From Candidatus Bathyarchaeia archaeon (lineage in GTDB: Archaea > Thermoproteota > Bathyarchaeia > Bathyarchaeales > Bathycorpusculaceae), in assembly GCA_049516875.1 (NCBI GenBank), contig JBEKSS010000006.1, positions 32,001 to 96,000 of the forward strand: DNA of 64,000 nt, written 5' to 3'. Below are positions 59,941 through 64,000 of the stretch, piece after piece. Every line of letters begins with the position of its first letter. Position 1 is the stretch's first letter. Position numbers and translations under genes: made by a program. The notes beneath the pieces were generated by a model that was not told the DNA's origin, ran no database searches, and worked only from the letters and a program-made list of their open reading frames with translations.

Positions 59941-62900
59941 ATGGAAGGGAAACTCGCTTCCATATTACTACTGATTTTACTCTTGGTGAGCACCATAGTA
60001 TTGGCGCATAACGTTCAACCAGTCAAGTCCGATTATGCTTGGACCGAAACCATTTACATACGGGCCGACGGAAGCATACAACCGTCAACAGCACCGATTT
60101 CCAGCGTTGACAACGTGACTTACACGCTAACAGACAACATCACGGGAAACGTTCCAGCCTTTTCCAGCGCAATCAGCATACAAAGAGACAACATCACAAT
60201 AGACGGAGCAGACCACACGCTAAAAGGCACAAACGCTTCACACTCTGAAGGAATATACCTGTCGGGAAGAAGCAACGTAACAATCAAAAACATGAAAATC
60301 ACGGCGTTCTTTTATGGCATCTATCTCGATTCTTCTTCTAGCAACAGCGTAAGCGGAAACAACATAACAGCAAACAACGGGACTGGCATCTATCTCTATT
60401 CTTCTTCTAATAGTAACAGCGTAAGCGGAAACAACATAACAGCAAACAACGGGTATGGCATCTTGCTCTACTATTCTCCAAACAACACTGTTAGTGGGAA
60501 CAACGCATCAGCAAACAGCCTAGAAGGCATCTATCTCAGCCTTTCTTCAAACAACACTGTTAGCGGGAACACTGCAATAGCGAACGAAGCTGGCATCATG
60601 CTTTACTCTTCAAGCAACAACATAATTAGTGCGAACAACGCAATGGCAAACGTCTATCAGGGCATTGAGGTTGACTCTTCTTCAAACAACACTTTGATCG
60701 GGAACAACGCATCAACAAACAGCCAATATGGCATCTTGTTCGACTCTTCTTCAAACAACACCATATACCACAACAATTTCATGAACAACACTTATCAGGT
60801 CAGTATTTACAACTCGACGGATACTTGGGATAATGGCTATCCTTCCGGAGGGAATTACTGGAGTGACTACAACGGGACAGACTTGCATGGAGGGCCACAC
60901 CAGAATGAGACGGGCAGCGACGGGATAGGAGACACACCCTATTCCATAGACGTGGAAAACAAAGACAACTATCCACTCATGCAACCATGGAGCCCACACT
61001 ACACACGGTATTCATGGCCCACGTTCCATCACGATGAAAGTCACTCGGGCTACAGCGAAAGCCCTGCGCCAGGAACAAACAACAAGCTGTGGAACTACAC
61101 GACAGGCAACGGAGTGGATTCTTCTCCTGCAGTTGTTGGTGGTAGGGTTTATGTGGGCTCGGGCGATTATAAGGTTTATTGTCTTGATGCTTCAACGGGA
61201 GCACAGGTGTGGAACTACACAACGGGTAGCGCGGTGTATTCTTCTCCTGCAGTCGCTGATGGTAGGGTCTACGTGGGCTCGGACGATTATAAGGTTTATT
61301 GTCTTGATGCTTCAACGGGAGCACAGGTGTGGAACTACACAACAGGTAACTATGTGGGTTCTTCCCCTGCAGTTTCTGATGGTAGGGTTTATGTGGGCTC
61401 GTACGATGGCAGGGTTTATTGTCTTGACGCTTCAACGGGAGCACAGGTATGGAACTACGTGACAAGCGGCGTGGTGGATTCTTCTCCTGCAGTTGTTGGT
61501 GGTAGGGTTTATGTGGGCTCGTACGATGGCAGGGTTTATTGTCTTGATGCTTCAACCGGAGCACAGGTGTGGAACTACACAACAGGTAACTATGTGGGTT
61601 CTTCCCCAGCAGTTGTTGGCGGTAGGGTCTACGTGGGTTCATGGGATAACAGGGTTTATTGTCTTGATGCTTCAACGGGAGCACAGGTGTGGAACTACAC
61701 AACGGGTAGCGCGGTGTATTCTTCTCCTGCAGTCGCTGATGGTAGGGTCTACGTGGGCTCGGGCGATTATAAGGTTTATTGTCTTGATGCTTCAACGGGA
61801 GCACAGGTATGGAACTACACAACGGGCAACATTTTGGCTTCTGCTCCTGCAGTTGCTGGTGGTAGAGTTTGTGTGAGCTCGTACGATGGCAGGGTTTATT
61901 GTCTTGATGCTTCAACGGGAGCACAGGTGTGGAACTACACAACAGGCAACTATGTGTTTTCTTCCCCTGCTGTTGCTGATGGCGTGCTTTACGTCGGCTC
62001 TGGAGATGGTTCTGTGTATGCGTTTGGGAAAGTTCTTAGGGTTCCAGAAGATTATGCCACGATACAGGCTGCGATAAATGCAGCTACTCCAGGAGCCACG
62101 GTATGGATTGCCCCGGGCGTCTACCACGAGTCCCTGGTGATCAACAAGACGATAACGCTCATCGGCAAGCCTGGAAGTGAACCAATCTTCAATGGCGGCG
62201 GAAGCGGAATCGCCATAACAATAGTTTCCAGCGGCTCTGGATCAACCATTGCCGGGATAACGATAACCAGTTGGGATCAAGGTATACTCGTTGACGGCGC
62301 GAACGGCTGCAAAATCTACGATAACATAATGTCCCTTATCAACAACAACGGCGTCGTCCTTCAAGGAACCGGCGCCGTCAGCAACCAGGTTTGCGGCAAC
62401 ATGTTCGAACAAGACGCCGTTGCCATCGATGTGACCTCTTCGTCAAGCAGCAACGTCATTTCGCAGAACATCATCAGCCTCAGCTCCATAGGTCTACGAA
62501 TAGAGACGAGTGGAAACACGATATGTGAAAACATGATATCCGAGAACCAGCTGGGAATCAACATCGTGAACTCCAACAACAACGCCATCTACCACAACAA
62601 CTTCATGGACAACACCATCGCCTTCCAGCTGTCCAATTCAACGTCACCCGGCAACAGCTGGGACAACGGCTATCCCTCAGGCGGAAACTATTGGAGCACG
62701 TGGACTGGCCCAGACAAGAACAGTGGCCCAGACCAGAACATTCTGGGCGTCAGCGACGGCATAGTCGACACGCCATACACTGTTGCCGTCAACAACAAGG
62801 ACAACTATCCACTCGCAAAACCGTTCCAACTGCACAACGTCGGCATCGCCACCGTAACCTTGGGCAAGACCGTCGTCGGCAGAGGCTACTGCTGCAACAT

Positions 62901-63351
62901 CACCCTGATAATCGTGGACTACGGCTTGTGCGGTGAAACCTTCAACATGGCAATCTGGGTCAGCCAGTTAAGGATTGACCTGCAACCAGTTGTTCTGGCG
63001 GACAGGAGCTCCACCGAGATCAACTTCACCTGGGACACTACAGGCTTTCTCTACGGCAACTACACCGTCGCCTGTGTGGCAGACGTTGTTCCAGACGAAA
63101 CCCTGACCGCGGACAATGACTACGTGTTCAATGTTCCAGTCCACGTGGGCGTTCCGGGCGACGTTTCTGGCACGACTCCTGGAGTGTACGACGGAATCAC
63201 GAACATGAAGGACATAGCCTACTTGGTCAGCGTGTTCAACACTAAGCCGAGTTCGCCGAACTGGCAGCCCAACGCGGACGTAAATAACGATGGCCTCGCC
63301 AACATGAAGGACATAGCAGTAGCCGTCTACTACTTCAACCAACACGAATAA
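59941..63351 (+). CDS. Large secreted surface protein: NosD/CASH beta-helix, 8-blade PQQ-like propeller, second beta-helix, Ig/CARDB-like domain, dockerin-like domain
   Basis: Signal peptide; GIxL..SSNN repeats; WDNGYPSGGNYW twice; 40-aa SSPAV..GRVYVGS.D..VYCLDA.TG..VW repeats; ADVNNDG..NMKD. Confidence 0.93.
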   Translation: MEGKLASILLLILLLVSTIVLAHNVQPVKSDYAWTETIYIRADGSIQPSTAPISSVDNVTYTLTDNITGNVPAFSSAISIQRDNITIDGADHTLKGTNASHSEGIYLSGRSNVTIKNMKITAFFYGIYLDSSSSNSVSGNNITANNGTGIYLYSSSNSNSVSGNNITANNGYGILLYYSPNNTVSGNNASANSLEGIYLSLSSNNTVSGNTAIANEAGIMLYSSSNNIISANNAMANVYQGIEVDSSSNNTLIGNNASTNSQYGILFDSSSNNTIYHNNFMNNTYQVSIYNSTDTWDNGYPSGGNYWSDYNGTDLHGGPHQNETGSDGIGDTPYSIDVENKDNYPLMQPWSPHYTRYSWPTFHHDESHSGYSESPAPGTNNKLWNYTTGNGVDSSPAVVGGRVYVGSGDYKVYCLDASTGAQVWNYTTGSAVYSSPAVADGRVYVGSDDYKVYCLDASTGAQVWNYTTGNYVGSSPAVSDGRVYVGSYDGRVYCLDASTGAQVWNYVTSGVVDSSPAVVGGRVYVGSYDGRVYCLDASTGAQVWNYTTGNYVGSSPAVVGGRVYVGSWDNRVYCLDASTGAQVWNYTTGSAVYSSPAVADGRVYVGSGDYKVYCLDASTGAQVWNYTTGNILASAPAVAGGRVCVSSYDGRVYCLDASTGAQVWNYTTGNYVFSSPAVADGVLYVGSGDGSVYAFGKVLRVPEDYATIQAAINAATPGATVWIAPGVYHESLVINKTITLIGKPGSEPIFNGGGSGIAITIVSSGSGSTIAGITITSWDQGILVDGANGCKIYDNIMSLINNNGVVLQGTGAVSNQVCGNMFEQDAVAIDVTSSSSSNVISQNIISLSSIGLRIETSGNTICENMISENQLGINIVNSNNNAIYHNNFMDNTIAFQLSNSTSPGNSWDNGYPSGGNYWSTWTGPDKNSGPDQNILGVSDGIVDTPYTVAVNNKDNYPLAKPFQLHNVGIATVTLGKTVVGRGYCCNITLIIVDYGLCGETFNMAIWVSQLRIDLQPVVLADRSSTEINFTWDTTGFLYGNYTVACVADVVPDETLTADNDYVFNVPVHVGVPGDVSGTTPGVYDGITNMKDIAYLVSVFNTKPSSPNWQPNADVNNDGLANMKDIAVAVYYFNQHE
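61090..62025 (+). repeat. Intragenic 120-bp tandem repeat, about 8 units
   Basis: Period 120; units at 61201 and 61681 differ at one base. Confidence 0.95.
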
Positions 63352-63361
63352 CCCCCTTTTT
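63352..63361 (+). terminator. Pyrimidine/T-tract terminator candidate
   Basis: CCCCCTTTTT immediately after the stop codon. Confidence 0.5.
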
Positions 63362-63485
63362 GCTCATCTGTCACTTCTCTATTCTGTCCCGATAGCAAAG
63401 GCATTCTTAACTAATGTCAACACGCTCTAGGATTTTGACGCAGAAAAAAGGGGTTTGTGCGGGAGATGCCGGGTGGCGAAAGTTG

Positions 63486-63507
63486 AGATAGGAATAATCC
63501 CTTAATC
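63486..63507 (+). repeat. 22-bp direct repeat, copy 2
   Basis: Identical to 59619-59640; reads ...IGIIP* with no gene attached. Confidence 0.92.
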
Positions 63508-63799
63508 TGCGGCGTGAACACTTCGCTTTTTCCAGTGCTTCATTCTTTCTGTTGCGCTCCCAAAGAATAGACTTCAGCTATGAATTATAGATTCATAATT
63601 CTTTTCTAGCATGAACTTCCTGATATACAACAAGTGAGAAAATGAAAGTGCATGGATACAATCGATCCAAACCAGGCGGAAAACATAAGATAGTTCATGT
63701 AAAGGGTTACGTGAGAAGAAAGTAGAGCAGCTTGCTTCTTGCTATGTCTTACACGGCCCCCTTATTTCTGAACGAAAAAGCCCTATAGCGAACGCTATA

Positions 63800-64000
63800 T
63801 CAAACCTGTTCCTTCGGCACTTCGCTTGGCTCATGTCCAGAGACATAATGCAATCCATATTCCTTGATGCGTCTGACTACGTGAGGGTACAAAATCAACT
63901 CTTCAATCTCCAACTGTTCTGCCATATCTGAACGTATTTGTTTGAGCTTTACCTTTAAGTCTCGCAAGTTTTCCTCGCTTGAAAAGGATACCATCACAGA
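63800..64000 (-). CDS. 3' end of a helical protein, hemerythrin-like
   Basis: EQLEIEELILYP resembles the hemerythrin HxxxEExxLYP helix but lacks the His; truncated by window edge. Confidence 0.45.
   Translation of the reverse strand, partial: SVMVSFSSEENLRDLKVKLKQIRSDMAEQLEIEELILYPHVVRRIKEYGLHYVSGHEPSEVPKEQV

Noticed and set aside
60977-61942. 321-aa antisense ORF and alternate-frame ORFs over the propeller repeats
   Set aside because: Shadow ORFs created by a stop-free repeat unit
61090-62025. CRISPR array or DGR template/variable repeats
   Set aside because: In-frame coding repeats; differences are not adenine-specific; no reverse transcriptase in the window

Overview
Archaeal chromosomal segment, most likely Bathyarchaeia (TACK). 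This is inferred from archaeal fibrillarin/Nop5, Trm1, e-MtaB, type-2 IleRS, cdrS-ftsZ, an Ftr paralogue, a NitrOD5/DUF3227 protein and a NosD/PQQ/dockerin surface protein. Most of the window is housekeeping: metG, ileS, pyrD/pyrK, rnhB, uppS, ychF, pncB, tRNA-Ala(CGC) and tRNA-Lys(CTT). No CRISPR array, integrase or transposase was seen. Five things stand out. (1) A divergent PadR pair with a palindromic operator sits beside a polyprenyl-synthase homologue that has lost its IPP-binding residues (ComQ-like pattern) and an MFS transporter. (2) A hutI-like, glnA-like and ftr-like cluster may route C1 units from imidazole breakdown to H4MPT. (3) A ~150-nt rod-shaped candidate RNA has a CUCCU-rich loop. 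(4) A 63-bp inverted repeat pair brackets an orphan archaellin, and a 22-bp att-like direct repeat brackets a 3.4-kb surface-protein gene. (5) Several unannotated gene fragments (PolB, radical SAM, GNAT, SnoaL, dockerin) break at alternating-GC runs. All calls come from reading motifs by eye; no database searches were run.
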